A stretch of DNA of 64,000 bases, taken from assembly GCA_964234715.1 (NCBI GenBank), contig OZ174280.1. One strand, given 5' to 3'. Positions 61,926 to 64,000 of this stretch are shown piece by piece. The stretch's first letter is position 1; every line of letters starts with the position of its first letter. This DNA comes from Podarcis melisellensis. Lineage: Eukaryota. The notes beneath the pieces are model-generated. The model had not been told where the DNA came from, made no database searches, and worked only from the letters and a program-made list of their open reading frames with translations. The position numbers and the translations under genes were made by a program.

Positions 61926-64000
61926 CCTTCACCCAATCCAATATGCACCCTGCCCTCCAACCCTGTGTCTGGTGTGTGATGAGGTCTTAGGCAGTGGAAT
62001 CAGCACATTATCATAAAAAGTTATTTAAATACCAAAGTGCCTAGCTGTCAATGTAACATTTTCACATTTATTGGCTTCAAATATTTTTATTTCAGTGTAA
62101 TGCCTACTAACTGTGAAGTTAAAATAAGCAGTGTTAAACTCACCATTTTAAAGGGCAAAACTATCAAAGTAATGGGGGAAAGGGGTAAGAAGGAAAGAAA
62201 AATTAATGATTCATAATGCTACATCCTACCTTGGAGAATTGGTAGCACCAGCCACTTTTGTCCTATTCAAGTTGCACTCTCACCCCTGAGCAATTACAAG
62301 CGACTTAATGACAAACTGCTGCACCAGCTTTCCAGCATATAAGTCACTGTGCCTGAGGGCCTACCTCCTGCATGCTTCAGTCAACAGGTAAGTATACAGG
62401 TAAGCTAAGCCTCTATGTGAACTACTGCTGATGTGGGCACTCACAGCATTGGGCTATAAGCCACTTGTTTTAGTTCCATCATATGCAGCATCAATCCAAT
62501 TTGTTTTGACCATCAATGACAAGTATTTCCACTGAAAAGCCATTGTATGCCTGTGCATACAAACCAAGTTAACATTTTGAAATAAATACAATGCCACCTT
62601 AAGGCGATAGCACTTCTGGCCCAGGTACAATACATTAGAAGTCCTATACCAGGAACCAAAAGGCAGCCTAAAATCACAGTGCTGTTTCTGTACTGCCAAC
62701 TTCTCTGATGAAAGAATGTGTTACTCTATACCAAAGGAATCTTAACGGTGCTCCCTCACCCCACCCTAACGCTAACCCACAACTGCACAACTATGAATGC
62801 TATCTCCCACCTTGGTATTTACCAGTAAGAAGCAGCTGTCAAGAGAAAAACACAATAGGTTAATGTGCAACCCAATCTAGGTCTTCCTGCCTTGCTGGCA
62901 AAGCAAGAGTGTTATGCTTTCGAGGCTGTATGGAAATACCTTCTGTCATATGTCTCATATCCTTAACCCTCTCTCAGGAATCCCGATCACTCAGCTCATT
63001 TTTGAAAAAGCAACATCAAAGCTGATGCAGGCATTCAGCTTGAGGAGAGATATTCCCAGAATGCACTGGGGGAGGGGAAGGAAATCAGGAGCACCACAGT
63101 GCTACTGTTGATGATTAAAAAGGGAGAAAGAACAGCACGTTGATAAAAAGCAGCATGGCACTGATTACAGGCAAGGTTATAAATAATATTTTCATAAGTC
63201 TCATGGATTTTGTGCAGATTAACAAAGTATTTCTGCCAAGCACTTTGAAGATGAAGGACTCCATAGTGGCTTGATATTTTTAACAAGTGATAGCAATTAG
63301 CTGTAAACTACATCCTTTCTTCAGATGTCTTACTTATTTGCTACATGTACACCTCCCTCACCAGACCAGCACCTCAATTTCATGTGCTTATTCTAACGGC
63401 CATTGTGAAGTGTGAAATTACTCTTAACCTTGCTTTACAAAAGAGATACCGAAGCACAGAAAACAAGCAATAGGGTTATGGTAGGATCAGAAGTGGGGAT
63501 TATGGGAACTCAAGGATTGTGCACCAGCCACCAATATTTCCTCTCTCCCCCTTCAGTAATAATAGTCATTGTCTTCCCTACAAACTAAAAATTGGTGTTA
63601 AATGTGCTGCATCTACCAGAAAACATCTCCCAAGAAAATCAATGCTAAAACTGGCTGTGAAAAGGATTGCTTGAATCACAGAATAAAGCAGCAATTCAAT
63701 GTTATTTTGTCTTTGACATTTTATAATGGAAGTTTTAAAAGCGTGGGCGCGCATAGAGAATTGTGTTGCAGGCATTCTATATTTCTTGTTCTGAGGGTAC
63801 TAAAGAGACAAGGATTGGGTTTACATAAGGAACACATAGCATGAGTCGCTAATGCGAAGTGTCAATCCATTTCCCCTTTTGCACCTTGTTCCATCACACT
63901 TCCCTGAGAGGGGGCAGTTTTGTGTGGAGAATAGAGCAGTAAGCACATACAACTTGAGTGTTTGCTCCTGAAGGGAAAGAGGTTTTCCAGATATATTTGT

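Larger units (their letters stand above)
58709..62220. repeat. Diverged direct duplication: 58709-59095 versus 61927-62220
   Basis: Colinear shared blocks, e.g. CAATCCAAYATGCACC, CAGCACATTATCA, ACATTTTCACATTTA, AGTTAAAATAAGCAGTGTTAAA, AAAAATTAAT. Confidence 0.85.
8700..64000 (-). other. SRGAP2: SRGAP2 locus, partial (3' 13 coding exons, introns, probable 3' UTR); 5' exons lie beyond the window
   Basis: Spliced exons give a continuous 619-aa frame from KLKEYLEGRN to TDKSCTV*. This matches recalled human SRGAP2 residues 453-1071. The left boundary is inferred from a poly(A) signal. Confidence 0.93.

Noticed and set aside
56920-64000. SRGAP2 exon 9 (…ETEQFYFT)
   Set aside because: Searched by eye and not found; presumably beyond the window.

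Overview
Vertebrate genomic DNA. The repeat complement (Sauria SINE, tRNA/CR1-tail SINEs, BovB, CAGTGGTACC MITEs) points to a squamate, probably a lacertid lizard (inference). The main feature is the 3' half of SRGAP2 on the minus strand. I traced 13 coding exons by hand (equivalent to human exons 10-22). All have GT-AG boundaries with compatible phases. Together they give 1860 nt = 619 aa + stop, covering the end of the F-BAR extension, RhoGAP, SH3 and the C-terminal tail. A probable ~6 kb 3' UTR follows, ending near 8.7 kb. The upstream exons lie beyond the right edge of the window. Positions 1-8.7 kb hold no recognisable CDS, but contain a candidate NF-kB/IRF-type promoter and a 46-nt non-coding exon candidate, possibly the 5' end of the next gene (IKBKE in human synteny, unconfirmed here). 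Introns carry many LINE fragments (RTE, BovB, RTE-X-like, L2, CR1), SINEs, MITEs and two solo LTRs. I found no convincing wholly new biological system. The best leads are: a strong-Kozak in-frame ATG just upstream of a 25-nt microexon (possible F-BAR-less isoform); a promoter-like, hairpin-rich GC module bracketed by a 78-bp direct repeat; a rearranged RTE insertion bounded by one TSD; and several candidate truncating or alternative SRGAP2 splice events.
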